A program made the translations under genes and the position numbers. Positions 20,676 to 31,124 of a DNA stretch of 64,000 nt are shown piece after piece; the stretch's first letter is position 1, and every line of letters starts with the position of its first letter. The stretch is from Bacteroidia bacterium (lineage in GTDB: Bacteria; Bacteroidota; Bacteroidia; UBA4408): positions 18,863-82,862 of the forward strand of contig JADLFI010000034.1 of assembly GCA_020845635.1 (NCBI GenBank). The letters run 5' to 3'. The notes beneath the pieces were generated by a model. That model searched no databases. It saw only the letters and a program-made list of their open reading frames with translations, and was not told the origin of the DNA.

Positions 20676-21710
20676 TCACAAAATATTCACTTCTCTTTCT
20701 AGTTCAATACCAAAAGTTTGTTTTACTTTTGCAATAACTAAGGCCGATAAATCGAAAATTTCTTTTCCGCTTGCTTGCCCATAGTTTACAATGACAAGTG
20801 CCTGCTTTTCGTGTATGCCTACATTGCCCAAACGAAAACCCTTTAAATGACATTTCTCAATTAAATAGCCGGCTGCAGTTTTAATAGTGTGCTCATTAAC
20901 CGGATAGCCCGGTAAATCAGGAAAATCGTTTTTTAACTGTTGATACTGCTCCAAGCTAATGGTGGGATTCTTGAAGAAACTGCCCGCATTACCTAAATCT
21001 TTAGGATTAGGTAGCTTACTGCTTCTGATATTGACCACCGCTTGGCTAATACTATTAATATTGGTCTTCACATTCATTTTGCTCAGTTCGGCCTCTATAG
21101 CGCCATAACTAGTATTTAATACGGGCTTGGTGCTTAGTCTGTAGCTAACGTTCAAGATAAAATATTTATTTTTTCCGGCCTTTTTAAAAAAACTGTCACG
21201 GTATCCAAATTCACACTCATCTTTGTGCAAAGTGCTCAACTTTCCGGTGGCCAACTCTATCATTTGCAGAGCGTAAAATACATCTTTAATTTCAACACCA
21301 TAAGCACCAATGTTTTGAATAGGACTTGCACCAACGGTTCCGGGGATTAGGCTTAAATTCTCTAATCCGCCCAAATTATTTTTGAGGGCAAACATCACTA
21401 CCTCATGCCATATTTCGCCCGAAGCCGCAGTTAGAATGTACTCTTCGTCATTAAATTTCGTTAACTCAATTCCTTTAAGCTCATTATGAATAACCAAACC
21501 ATCAAAATTGCCGGTAAACAAAATATTACTTCCTCCTCCTAATACCAAATGTTTTTGTGTTTTAAAGATATTTGTTTGTAGAAGTTCATTCAGTTCTTCC
21601 ATACCTTTAATGGTAGTAAAATAACGAGCCTTGGCTTCAACCCCAAAAGTGTTGTAAGCTTTTAATGAGTAATTTTCGTGTATTGAAAGCATATTCAAAA
21701 TTACGCACAT
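20676..21710 (-). CDS. murB: UDP-N-acetylenolpyruvoylglucosamine reductase
   Basis: The FAD-binding motif GGGSNILF and a MurB C-terminal domain are present. Length is 344 aa. Confidence 0.85.
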   Translation of the reverse strand: MCVILNMLSIHENYSLKAYNTFGVEAKARYFTTIKGMEELNELLQTNIFKTQKHLVLGGGSNILFTGNFDGLVIHNELKGIELTKFNDEEYILTAASGEIWHEVVMFALKNNLGGLENLSLIPGTVGASPIQNIGAYGVEIKDVFYALQMIELATGKLSTLHKDECEFGYRDSFFKKAGKNKYFILNVSYRLSTKPVLNTSYGAIEAELSKMNVKTNINSISQAVVNIRSSKLPNPKDLGNAGSFFKNPTISLEQYQQLKNDFPDLPGYPVNEHTIKTAAGYLIEKCHLKGFRLGNVGIHEKQALVIVNYGQASGKEIFDLSALVIAKVKQTFGIELEREVNIL

Positions 21711-21819
21711 AATAAACGGTTTTTGTAATACAAAATAATATGTTATTAAGTGTCTATTGTTAAAAACCGGATAAAATATTTAGGCGTAAAAATTCGTTTT
21801 AGGCTATATTTACCTTGTT

Positions 21820-22935
21820 TTGAGAAGAAGAGTAATATTAAGCGTAACCAACGATTTGGCAACCGATCAACGTGTGCTGAAAGTTGCACAAACACTACAA
21901 AATATGAATTATGATATTTTGTTGGTAGGACGCTTATTGGAGAATAGTTTGGAAGTTCCTCAGTTTAAAAATCACCGTATGAGGCTTTTTTTTAACAAAG
22001 GGGTTGCCTTTTATACCGAATATCATGTTCGTTTATTTATATACTTGTTGTTTACTAAGGCTGATGTATTAGTGGCTAATGATTTGGACACTTTGTTGCC
22101 TAACTTTTTAATTAGTAAAATAAAAGGTTCTAAATTGGTGTACGACTCGCATGAGTATTATACAGAAGTTCCTGAGCTGCAAAACAATCCAATTAAAAAG
22201 AAAATATGGTTAATGGTGGAGCGCTTTATTTTTCCTAAATTACAAAATGTATTTACCGTAAATAAGTCGATAGCCGAGATATATGAAAAAAAGTATCATG
22301 TTAAAGTAAACGTATTGCGCAATTTCCCAAGGAAGAAACAATTAAGTTTTGATACAAAAGAAATGCTGCGCATTAAATTGCAATTACCCACCAATAAAAA
22401 AATAATAATTTTACAAGGCTCCGGAATTAATGTAAGCAGGGGAGGAGAAGAAGCTGTTGAAGCTATGCAATACTGCCATAATACTGTTTTGTACATTATA
22501 GGTTCGGGCGATGCCATTCCTGATTTAAAACAAATGGTTGGTAGGTTGAAATTGGAAGAAAAAGTGGTATTTATGGGCAAGCTGCCCTATGGGCAACTTG
22601 TGCAATACACTGCTGCAGCCGATGTAGGTTTGACTTTAGATAAGGATAATAATATGAATTACAGATATAGCCTCCCAAATAAATTATTTGATTATTTCTT
22701 GTGTGGTACACCTGTTATTGCCAGTAAATTAGTTGAAATTGAAAAAATTTATCATCAGTTTAATTTTGGTCTTTTGATAAATTCGGTAACTGCAAGCCAG
22801 GTGGCCGAGGCCATTAATAGTATTGATACTTCATCAAACACTTATAAGAAGTGGTTGCAGAATATCAAAGAAGCCTCAGAGCTTCTGTGTTGGGAAAATG
22901 AAGAAAAAATAATTCATGAAGTTTATACCTTTTAG
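21820..22935 (+). CDS. Glycosyltransferase family 1 (GT4-type); apparent TTG start
   Basis: The protein shows a GT-B fold pattern and the C-terminal motif resembles the retaining GT4 E-x7-E region. The only in-frame start is TTG at 21820. Confidence 0.55.
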   Translation: MRRRVILSVTNDLATDQRVLKVAQTLQNMNYDILLVGRLLENSLEVPQFKNHRMRLFFNKGVAFYTEYHVRLFIYLLFTKADVLVANDLDTLLPNFLISKIKGSKLVYDSHEYYTEVPELQNNPIKKKIWLMVERFIFPKLQNVFTVNKSIAEIYEKKYHVKVNVLRNFPRKKQLSFDTKEMLRIKLQLPTNKKIIILQGSGINVSRGGEEAVEAMQYCHNTVLYIIGSGDAIPDLKQMVGRLKLEEKVVFMGKLPYGQLVQYTAAADVGLTLDKDNNMNYRYSLPNKLFDYFLCGTPVIASKLVEIEKIYHQFNFGLLINSVTASQVAEAINSIDTSSNTYKKWLQNIKEASELLCWENEEKIIHEVYTF

Positions 22936-22949
22936 TCTTGAATTACTGA

Positions 22950-23753
22950 TTAATCCTTCCGAATGGCTATAATATCAACCGTTAAATCCATTTCACTTTC
23001 CACCGTGGTATTCTCAAAAGGCCGGTTTATTTGATTTCCCTGAATATAATATCTGAATTTATTGTTTTCTAAAATAGTTAACAAGTCCGATAAACTTTGC
23101 TTGGTATTAATATAACTATGATATTCTATAAAAATACGCTTTATTCGATATAAATCATGCTGTATGTCTTTCATAACTGCAACTTCGGCTCCTTCAATAT
23201 CCAGCTTCAGGAAATCTATTTCATCATATTCGGTAATTACATCTTTAAGTCTTACGCTTTCGGTTAAAACAGCATTTTCATCTTTTGTAACTCTGCCCGA
23301 TTGAGCCTTATCTGTTTTAAAAAACAAAGGTTCATTATTTACCCAAACTGCTTTATTAATTAGTCGAACATCTTTAAGATGATTTTCTGAAATATTACTT
23401 TTTAAGATTTCAAAAATTTTGGTATCAGGCTCAAAGGCGGTAATTACAGCCCCCGGATAAACAGACTTAAAATACAACACAGATGTACCCATATTGGCGC
23501 CACAATCAATAATTAAAGGCTGCTTCTTTGAAGTATTAAAATAATAAAGTTCTTGAACAAAAATAGATTCAAACTGATTTATAAAGGCATCGCCATGATG
23601 TATATTCCAATTAAATCCTAAAGCCTTTAACCTTAAAGGGTATTTTGTTTGGGCATGAATTTGATCAAATAATTTTAACCACTCTTTATAAGCTTCTTCC
23701 TGTATAATTCTCTTGAAGGGCTTTAATCCTTGTTTTAAAAGCTTGGTCAGCAT
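22950..23753 (-). CDS. FkbM-family SAM-dependent methyltransferase
   Basis: The motif IDCGANMGTSVLYF and the FkbM_dom pattern are present. Confidence 0.6.
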   Translation of the reverse strand: MLTKLLKQGLKPFKRIIQEEAYKEWLKLFDQIHAQTKYPLRLKALGFNWNIHHGDAFINQFESIFVQELYYFNTSKKQPLIIDCGANMGTSVLYFKSVYPGAVITAFEPDTKIFEILKSNISENHLKDVRLINKAVWVNNEPLFFKTDKAQSGRVTKDENAVLTESVRLKDVITEYDEIDFLKLDIEGAEVAVMKDIQHDLYRIKRIFIEYHSYINTKQSLSDLLTILENNKFRYYIQGNQINRPFENTTVESEMDLTVDIIAIRKD

Positions 23754-23759
23754 AGAGTG

Positions 23760-25889
23760 TTAAATTTTTTTGAACTTCAATCGAATAGAGTTGCCAATCA
23801 CGATAACATCACTAAAAGCCATACTCAAAGCACCAATCATAGGATTTAGATAACCGGCAGCCGCTATTGGAATGGCAATAGTGTTATATAAGAAAGCCCA
23901 AAAAAGATTTTGTTTAATGGTCAGCAATGTGGCCTTGCTCATTTTAATAACCTCATATACATCAAGCATTTGATTTGGCCTGATGAGCAACACTTGAGCA
24001 GCATTAATGGCAGCTTCAGAAGCATTACTCAATGATATACCAACATGAGCAGCACTTAGGGCAGGTGCATCATTTATACCATCGCCAACCATAACGCTAA
24101 TATCTTTTTTCGAGTATTCGTGTAAAATATCTAGTTTCTGCGATGGCAACTGACTATAATAAACTTTCTCAATCCCTAGCTTCTCTGCTACGGGCATACA
24201 TTTTTCTTTTTTATCTCCACTCAGCATAATCACTTCAAAGTGTTGCTCTTTCAAGTTTTTTATAAGGGCTGCTGCGTCTTGTTTAATTTCGTCTTCAATA
24301 AAAAAAGCAACAGCCGGCTTGCCGTTAATGCTTAAATAAATGTCAAAATTAGTATCCTCAAATACAATATTTTTTTCTTTCATCAAATTTAAGGAGCCTA
24401 ATCTGTAATTATTACCCATCAAATCGGTAGCTATCATCCCTAAGCCCTTATGCTCTTCAATATGTTCTAATGCAATTTTTTTACTATCCTTTTCTAAGTT
24501 TTTACATAATGCTTTAGCTATTGGGTGACTGCTGTGCAGTTCAATAGAATAAATAATATTTCGTATTTCTGATTCAGCAATGCCTGAGTAATTTCTTAGA
24601 TTAGATACCTTAAAATTTCCTTGTGTTAAGGTGCCTGTTTTATCAAAAAATATGTATTTGGCTTTTGCCAGAGTTTCCATAGTATTAGCACCTTTTATCA
24701 ACATTCCGTTTTTACTGGCCCTACCCAAACCGGCCATTACGGCAGTTGGGGTGGCTAAGCCCATAGCGCACGGACATGATATTACTAATACGGCAATAGC
24801 ATTAATTAAGCTTGTTTCAACAGTTTTGTGTAAAACAAAATAGGTAATTAAAAACGTAATAGCGGCAATTAATATAACTGCAGGTACAAAAAAATTACTA
24901 ACACGGTCGCCTAATTTCTGAATGGCGGGTTTGTTGCGTTGTGCCTCTTTAACCAATGCAATTATTTGCGCCAAAGCACTTTCATCATTACTTTTGGTTA
25001 CTCTAACTTTAATATTTCCATGTTCTAAAATAGTGCCTGCCATTACTTGACCCTTAATGTTGCGCTCAACAGGTATGTTTTCCCCTGTAATCATACTCTC
25101 GTTTATGGTAGCACTACCCCAAATAATTTCGCCATCGGCCGGAATCCTATCACCCGAGTTTACCAATAATATATCACCGGGTTTTATATCTTTATAGTCA
25201 ATTTCTTCAGTTTTTTCCTCGCCTAAGTATAAGTATAATTTCTTTGCTGTTTGCGGTTGAAGCTGTGTTAAATCTTTAATGGCTGTTGTAGTTTGCTGTA
25301 CTGTTTTCTCCTCAATTAAATTGCCTAGTAAAACTAAAGTAATGATGGTGCTTGTTGTTTCAAAAAACAACATATGGTGACTATGTGGCATAATAAACAT
25401 GCCAATAATACTGTAAATAAAGGCTGCACTGGAGCCTATCATAATCAACACATTCATATTAGGTGTACCGTTTACTACCGATGAGTAGCTACTTTTCCCG
25501 AAACTTAACCACCCAATCACAAAAACAGGCAAACAAAGTATAAGTTGCACCCAATAATTTCCTAAAATACTATTTGGAAAAACCATATGTAACAACAGTA
25601 TGGCACTAAATGGCAGGGTTATATAAAAACGCCCCTCAGTGGTTTTATACCAAACTTTTTCAATCTCATTGAGATTAGTTTTAACATGGTATCCTAAACT
25701 TTCAATATCATCAACAATATTTTTTAAAGGAATCTTACTTTGATTTACAAACACCGCTTCGGCATTGGCATAACTTACCTGTACATTTTTTAGCCCGCGC
25801 TCATTTAGTTTTTTTTCAATACTCAAGGCACAACTTGAGCAGTTCATACCATCTATATCAAGTACTATCTTTTCTTCAACAGTTTCCAT
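23760..25889 (-). CDS. Heavy-metal (probably Cu+) translocating P1B-type ATPase with an N-terminal HMA domain
   Basis: The HMA motif GMNCSSCA is present, along with the CPC motif SCPCAMGLATP in TM6, the DKTGTLT phosphorylation site and the GDGINDAP hinge. Confidence 0.8.
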   Translation of the reverse strand: METVEEKIVLDIDGMNCSSCALSIEKKLNERGLKNVQVSYANAEAVFVNQSKIPLKNIVDDIESLGYHVKTNLNEIEKVWYKTTEGRFYITLPFSAILLLHMVFPNSILGNYWVQLILCLPVFVIGWLSFGKSSYSSVVNGTPNMNVLIMIGSSAAFIYSIIGMFIMPHSHHMLFFETTSTIITLVLLGNLIEEKTVQQTTTAIKDLTQLQPQTAKKLYLYLGEEKTEEIDYKDIKPGDILLVNSGDRIPADGEIIWGSATINESMITGENIPVERNIKGQVMAGTILEHGNIKVRVTKSNDESALAQIIALVKEAQRNKPAIQKLGDRVSNFFVPAVILIAAITFLITYFVLHKTVETSLINAIAVLVISCPCAMGLATPTAVMAGLGRASKNGMLIKGANTMETLAKAKYIFFDKTGTLTQGNFKVSNLRNYSGIAESEIRNIIYSIELHSSHPIAKALCKNLEKDSKKIALEHIEEHKGLGMIATDLMGNNYRLGSLNLMKEKNIVFEDTNFDIYLSINGKPAVAFFIEDEIKQDAAALIKNLKEQHFEVIMLSGDKKEKCMPVAEKLGIEKVYYSQLPSQKLDILHEYSKKDISVMVGDGINDAPALSAAHVGISLSNASEAAINAAQVLLIRPNQMLDVYEVIKMSKATLLTIKQNLFWAFLYNTIAIPIAAAGYLNPMIGALSMAFSDVIVIGNSIRLKFKKI

Positions 25890-26167
25890 AATTACAAATT
25901 TAAAGCAAATTGGTTAGGTTGTATAAATTATTAAACCAACTTATACTTAATCACTACAAAAATTGTGCTATAAATAGAAAGGTTTGAATTTATACAAATA
26001 GTAATTAAGGATTATTGACAAAGTAAAAATTAAAGCCTCTTTTGGGAGTATTAAAAATAGACCTATATTTGTTTTTTCAATGATTTAATCATTCTTCATG
26101 TTATCATAAAATTCTGTTTGGTTATCATGTTTCTAATGATATGAAAGAGTGAACAAAAAATACATAT

Positions 26168-27055
26168 ATGACAAAGCATAAACACTGTTTAATTTGCAAT
26201 TCTGATAAGTTAAAAAAACTACCAAGATACTACGAACGTCACCAACTTGTACAGTGCCAATCTTGTGGGCTTGCCTTTATGGAAAATATCCCCACACTGG
26301 ATGAATTGAATAATTATTACTCTCAGTACTCATATGCTGCTGACGATACAGGTTACTTTTCACCCATAACAGTTCAAAATTACAATAAACTGTTAGATGA
26401 ATTTGAACGTTTCCGTAAAACAAACAAGATGTTAGACATAGGTTGCGGCAGAGGTTGGTTTTTAATAGAGGCGCAAAAGAGAGGCTGGGAAGTTTACGGA
26501 ACTGAATACTCGCAAGAAGCCATTAAGATTTGTGAATCAAACGGCCTAAAAATGAAAGCAGGGAAACTTGAATCTGACACTTTTGAGCCGGGAGAGTTTG
26601 ATGTTATTACTTCGTTTGAGGTAATGGAGCATATAAATAATCCGGTTGAAGAAGTTCGAAACGTCCATAAATTTCTTCGGAAAGGCGGCATGTTTTATTT
26701 AACTACCCCTAATTATAACGCCTATCTCAGATATAACTTTAAAGAAGAGTATGATATTTTTGTTTATCCTGAACATTTGACCTTTTATTCAAAAAGTACT
26801 ATTAAGAAATTACTTACCGAAAATGGTTTTAAATCCTATAAAATTCTTACCACCGGAATTAGCTTGTCACGTCAAAGACCTTTAAAAGATTCGTATAACG
26901 AGGAAAGATTAATATCTGAGAAATCAAGTGATGAACAACTCAGACAAACTATCTCAAACAAGTGGTATTTAGGTTATGCCAAGAATGTAGCCAATAAAGT
27001 GCTCACAGTTCTTGGAGTAGGCTTGAGTTTGAAAGGTTATTTTATAAAAATTTGA
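26168..27055 (+). CDS. Class I SAM-dependent methyltransferase with an N-terminal C4 zinc ribbon
   Basis: The zinc ribbon is CLICNS...CQSCGLAF. The motif LDIGCGRGWF matches SAM-binding motif I. Confidence 0.6.
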   Translation: MTKHKHCLICNSDKLKKLPRYYERHQLVQCQSCGLAFMENIPTLDELNNYYSQYSYAADDTGYFSPITVQNYNKLLDEFERFRKTNKMLDIGCGRGWFLIEAQKRGWEVYGTEYSQEAIKICESNGLKMKAGKLESDTFEPGEFDVITSFEVMEHINNPVEEVRNVHKFLRKGGMFYLTTPNYNAYLRYNFKEEYDIFVYPEHLTFYSKSTIKKLLTENGFKSYKILTTGISLSRQRPLKDSYNEERLISEKSSDEQLRQTISNKWYLGYAKNVANKVLTVLGVGLSLKGYFIKI

Positions 27056-27179
27056 GGATTTCATTGAGAATGCAGTGGTATGCCTACTGTAAAACAGCAT
27101 AAATCTTACTCTTTTGATGTTTTCCTATAAAAAATAGGATTTTTATTATTTTTCGCATAAAAAAAGTTAATTTTTTTAG

Positions 27180-27187
27180 TAACTTTG
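27180..27187 (+). promoter_or_regulatory. Candidate Bacteroidota -7 box TAACTTTG upstream of the TPR/caspase-like gene
   Basis: Exact match to TAnnTTTG about 75 nt upstream of the ATG at 27262. Confidence 0.25.
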
Positions 27188-27261
27188 ACAAACGATTTAT
27201 CGTATATGGCAGTATGATAAATTATTGTTAATTCGAAATTCTTTATAAAAACCCTCCATTC

Positions 27262-29649
27262 ATGAAAAAAATATATTCATTCTATTGTTTCTTGTTTCTT
27301 TGTACTATTTCTACTGCTGCTTTGTGTCAGAACAATAAATCTTTATTAAAGAAAGGAGAAGATTTTAAGTCAAACAAAAAATATCAAGAAGCTATTAATG
27401 CTTTCTCTGAGGTTTTAATCAGTGAATCTAATAATTTTGAAGCTATATACAACAGAGGGCAATGTTACGAACTGTCAAATAATTTACCCAAAGCCTTAGA
27501 AGACTATAAACACGCCTTAACAGTAGCACCCAATAATATAGAAGTTCAAGAAAAAGTTGCTGATATTAATTTACAATTGGGAAATTATAAAGAAAGTATT
27601 AATCAATATTCAACCTTAACTGTAAATAAGAAAAAGTCGTTTATTGCCTATAGGCAAATGGCATTTGCCAAAATTAAAATTAAAGATTTTACAGGGGCAC
27701 TAAATGATATTGACGCTGCTTTGAAAATTGATAATAATGATTTTAATGCTAATTTTTTTAAAGGTATAGCTCTTGATAGTATGGGAAGTCATGAAAATGC
27801 TCTAAAATATTATGAAAGAGCTATAAAAGGGTTGAATAAAGATAAAAAGTATGGAGAATCATTAAATAAATCGGAATACAAGTTTTTCTATATTAATCCT
27901 GCACGTACCAGTGCAAAATTTAAACAGTGGGATGTTTCAAATCAATATTTTCAAAAGGCCGAATCAATTGCTCCTAACGATTTTGAAATAGCCTTTTATA
28001 AGGGAGAAACCCTACAACTGAAAGGCGATGTTAATGGTGCCATTAATGAATACAACACAGCCATATCACTTAACCCAAAAAGTGCTCAGGCATATATTGA
28101 GAGAGGTAATTTATTTGCTCAAAAGGCCGAATGGAGTAATGCTTCATCTGATTTTTCAAGAGCTATAGTTTTAGACGACAAACAACCTTATGCTTATTCC
28201 GGAAAAGCTATGGTTTTAGCCAATATGAATAGAGTGGAAGAGGCTCTAGATTTATATAAGAAGGCTATAAGCTTGGCTCCTGAAGATAAGCAAATAAAGT
28301 CTCAGTTTGATGCTGCTTTGGTGGCATATAAGACTACTCATAAAGAGTCTAACAAACCGGAATTAATATTGCAAAGCCCAGGTGTTGTTGATGGTTCAAC
28401 TGTATATTATTATACAAACAATAGCAGTGTTGTTGTTAAAGGGAGAATTAAAGATGAAAGCAAGATTAGTGCTATAACTATTAATTCCAAAACAGCCGAT
28501 TATGATAAAAATAACTCTAATCCGGAGTTTAGTTTATTAGTTGACTTAAAGAATACTAACTTATTAAACATAAGTATAGAAGATGAATTTGGAAACCGAG
28601 CGGTTTACGATTATAAAGTAGTGGCTGCCGAAAATAACCAACCTGTTTGCGAACTGGTTATTCCAAAAGCAAACAAAGGCAAAATACTGTTACAAACCCA
28701 AAACAATATGATTTTAGTTATTGAAGGATTAGCTAAGGACGAAAGTAAAATTAAGTCAATTCGTGTAAATGATAAAAATGCCTCGTTTGATATGACTAAG
28801 CTTAATCCTTCATTTTCTACTACTATTAACACCACAGCAATTGAGTTTATAGAAGTGGTTATTACTGATATTTTTGATAATACATCAGTTACCAGATATG
28901 ATATTGAAAGAGATGCATCTTCCACAGATGAATTGAACCCTATGGGGAAAACATGGGTAGTGTTTATAGGAAATAGTAATTACAATAATTTCCCGTCCTT
29001 AGAAACTGTTTCCAAGGATATTGTTATGGTTAAAAACTCTCTTTCGGGCTATATAGTTGACTCAATAATTACGCGAAAAAATATGACCAAACAATCTATG
29101 GAAAGATTTTTTTCAATTGAGTTGAGAGATTTAATTGCCCAAAATAAAATTAATTCCCTATTACTTTGGTATTCGGGTCACGGATTAATAACCAACAATA
29201 ATGGATATTGGATACCAACTGATGCTTCTAAGAAGGATGAGTATTCTTATTTCAGCACATCAAATTTAAAAGGTTATTTAAGTACATATAAGAGTTTAAA
29301 ACATACTTTAGTAATTGCTGATGCTACAGAGACCGGACCTTCGTTTTATTTGGCTATGCGCGATGCTTATGAACCTATACAATGTGGTGATTATCGGGCA
29401 GGGAAACTAAAGTCGGCCCAAGTGTTGAGTTCGGCTGAATCTCAAAGAACAAATGAAAGTTCATTACTGAGCCGAGTATTTTCTAACTCCTTATTGAAAA
29501 CAAAAGATAAATGTTTGTCCATTGAAAAAATCTCAGATCAATTGAATGAAGTAGCAAAACAAAATAAAATTCAAAAACCAAAGTTCGGCAATATTCAGGA
29601 CTTAACAGATGAAAACGGAACATTCTTCTTCCTGAAAAAACAAGAGTAA
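27262..29649 (+). CDS. Secreted TPR-repeat / tandem Ig-like / caspase (peptidase C14)-like protein with the catalytic Cys replaced by Thr (predicted pseudo-caspase)
   Basis: There is a signal peptide and N-terminal TPR repeats. The C-terminal caspase p20-like fold contains His in WYSGHG (codon 29179-29181). The expected DAC.SG motif reads DATETG, with an ACA codon at 29326-29328. Confidence 0.55.
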   Translation: MKKIYSFYCFLFLCTISTAALCQNNKSLLKKGEDFKSNKKYQEAINAFSEVLISESNNFEAIYNRGQCYELSNNLPKALEDYKHALTVAPNNIEVQEKVADINLQLGNYKESINQYSTLTVNKKKSFIAYRQMAFAKIKIKDFTGALNDIDAALKIDNNDFNANFFKGIALDSMGSHENALKYYERAIKGLNKDKKYGESLNKSEYKFFYINPARTSAKFKQWDVSNQYFQKAESIAPNDFEIAFYKGETLQLKGDVNGAINEYNTAISLNPKSAQAYIERGNLFAQKAEWSNASSDFSRAIVLDDKQPYAYSGKAMVLANMNRVEEALDLYKKAISLAPEDKQIKSQFDAALVAYKTTHKESNKPELILQSPGVVDGSTVYYYTNNSSVVVKGRIKDESKISAITINSKTADYDKNNSNPEFSLLVDLKNTNLLNISIEDEFGNRAVYDYKVVAAENNQPVCELVIPKANKGKILLQTQNNMILVIEGLAKDESKIKSIRVNDKNASFDMTKLNPSFSTTINTTAIEFIEVVITDIFDNTSVTRYDIERDASSTDELNPMGKTWVVFIGNSNYNNFPSLETVSKDIVMVKNSLSGYIVDSIITRKNMTKQSMERFFSIELRDLIAQNKINSLLLWYSGHGLITNNNGYWIPTDASKKDEYSYFSTSNLKGYLSTYKSLKHTLVIADATETGPSFYLAMRDAYEPIQCGDYRAGKLKSAQVLSSAESQRTNESSLLSRVFSNSLLKTKDKCLSIEKISDQLNEVAKQNKIQKPKFGNIQDLTDENGTFFFLKKQE

Positions 29650-29651
29650 AG

Positions 29652-31124
29652 CTATCTGCTTTCTATAATTACATAATCTTTATCATGGTACATTTGGTTT
29701 AAGGAACTAAATTGATGTCCCATGAATTGCATAAAGGGTCTATCGGTTGGATAAACAATATATTTTATATGCCTGTTATTATAAGCAACATCAAAGTTTG
29801 TGTAGTTAAACTTTGACTGTAGTGGAACTATATCTTTATTAGGCACTACGCATTTTAGAGGAAGCATTGCGTTAATTTGGTTGTCGAAAGCAAGAAAGTA
29901 TTGCCCTTGTTTCAGGTTGTTGTTTAATATTTTTGCAATTCTTTTTCTGTTATCATACTCATTTTGAGACATTTTTATATGGCCTAAATGCTCGTGAAAT
30001 AACTTGTGAGTAATGATATTTGGCAGTAAAACAATTATATATAGACAAAAAATAATGGCAGAGTTACGAATAATTGCATTATACTGATCATATATTGCCG
30101 ACAATTTATTTATTACTACTGCTGTAGAAATGATAACCATAACAACAAACTCATTGTAGTAATTTATCCAAGACCCTTCTTTTATACTAGTTATCAAAGC
30201 GAATAAAAATAAGGCTCCTGTGATGTAACCCAAAAAACGAAATTCAATTTTATTATCAGATTTTAAAAAGTAGAAAGAAAGAAATACTCCTAGCACAATA
30301 AATAATTGATACTTTAAGAAGAAGTGGCTGTAAACGTCATAAAGTCTGGTGAATGAACTGCCATTGTTTAACCCAAACACAGTATTTAAAATTAAGTTAT
30401 GACCATATAAGCCGTAAAAAATGAGAAAAATTAAAGAAGTGAATACAAATAAAATTGATGAAGAAGAAATAAAAGTTTTATACTGTTTTGCTAGAAGGAA
30501 AAAAAATGGAATAATAATTAAAAATTGAATTCCTGATTGTTTAACAAAAACACTTAAAGACGCAAAAAATAAAGCAAGTAATAAATATATGAAATGAGAC
30601 TTATTTTTAGAAGCTATCAGGAATTTGATTAAAAAAAATATAACGATAATAGTGAATAAATTAAAAAGGGAATCAGGTCGTGCCGAGAATTGAATTCGAG
30701 TTAGTTGCACAAAATAAACAGAAACAGCAATAAAAGATATTTTATTATTTACTTTGAAAACTTGTTGAAGCAATTTAAAAATAATCCAGGCACCGAATAA
30801 ATTAAAAATTAAGCTAAAAGTACGACCAACAATATAAATAGTGTACAAATCATTTAACGGATTTAAATGAAACAGCTTACCAACAATAATAGGAAAGTAA
30901 TAATACAATGGTGAATATTGGCTAATATTAAAATTACCGATTTCCGGATTATCATACAATAAACCACCATCTAATACTTTACATATACTGTATATAACAT
31001 TATTTTCAACTCCTCCTAAATCTGAATCATAAGAAAAAATAAGGAGTATTCTGAGAATGAGAAAGGAAACAAAAGAAATAATACTAAACCATAAAGTTAG
31101 ATCAGATAAACTAATTTTTCTCAT
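29652..31124 (-). CDS. Polytopic membrane protein, putative GT-C fold glycosyltransferase (ArnT/PMT-like) partner of the upstream GT2
   Basis: The protein has more than 10 predicted TM helices and an acidic first loop (YDSDLGG). Its start overlaps the stop of the GT2 gene by 4 bp (ATGA). Confidence 0.4.
   Translation of the reverse strand: MRKISLSDLTLWFSIISFVSFLILRILLIFSYDSDLGGVENNVIYSICKVLDGGLLYDNPEIGNFNISQYSPLYYYFPIIVGKLFHLNPLNDLYTIYIVGRTFSLIFNLFGAWIIFKLLQQVFKVNNKISFIAVSVYFVQLTRIQFSARPDSLFNLFTIIVIFFLIKFLIASKNKSHFIYLLLALFFASLSVFVKQSGIQFLIIIPFFFLLAKQYKTFISSSSILFVFTSLIFLIFYGLYGHNLILNTVFGLNNGSSFTRLYDVYSHFFLKYQLFIVLGVFLSFYFLKSDNKIEFRFLGYITGALFLFALITSIKEGSWINYYNEFVVMVIISTAVVINKLSAIYDQYNAIIRNSAIIFCLYIIVLLPNIITHKLFHEHLGHIKMSQNEYDNRKRIAKILNNNLKQGQYFLAFDNQINAMLPLKCVVPNKDIVPLQSKFNYTNFDVAYNNRHIKYIVYPTDRPFMQFMGHQFSSLNQMYHDKDYVIIESR

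Noticed and set aside
29652-31124. Possibility that the 490 aa polytopic protein is an O-antigen polymerase (Wzy) or flippase rather than a GT-C transferase
   Set aside because: Not fully rejected. The GT-C call is favoured only because of translational coupling to a GtrB/ArnC-like GT2 and the acidic first loop. The call is kept at low confidence.
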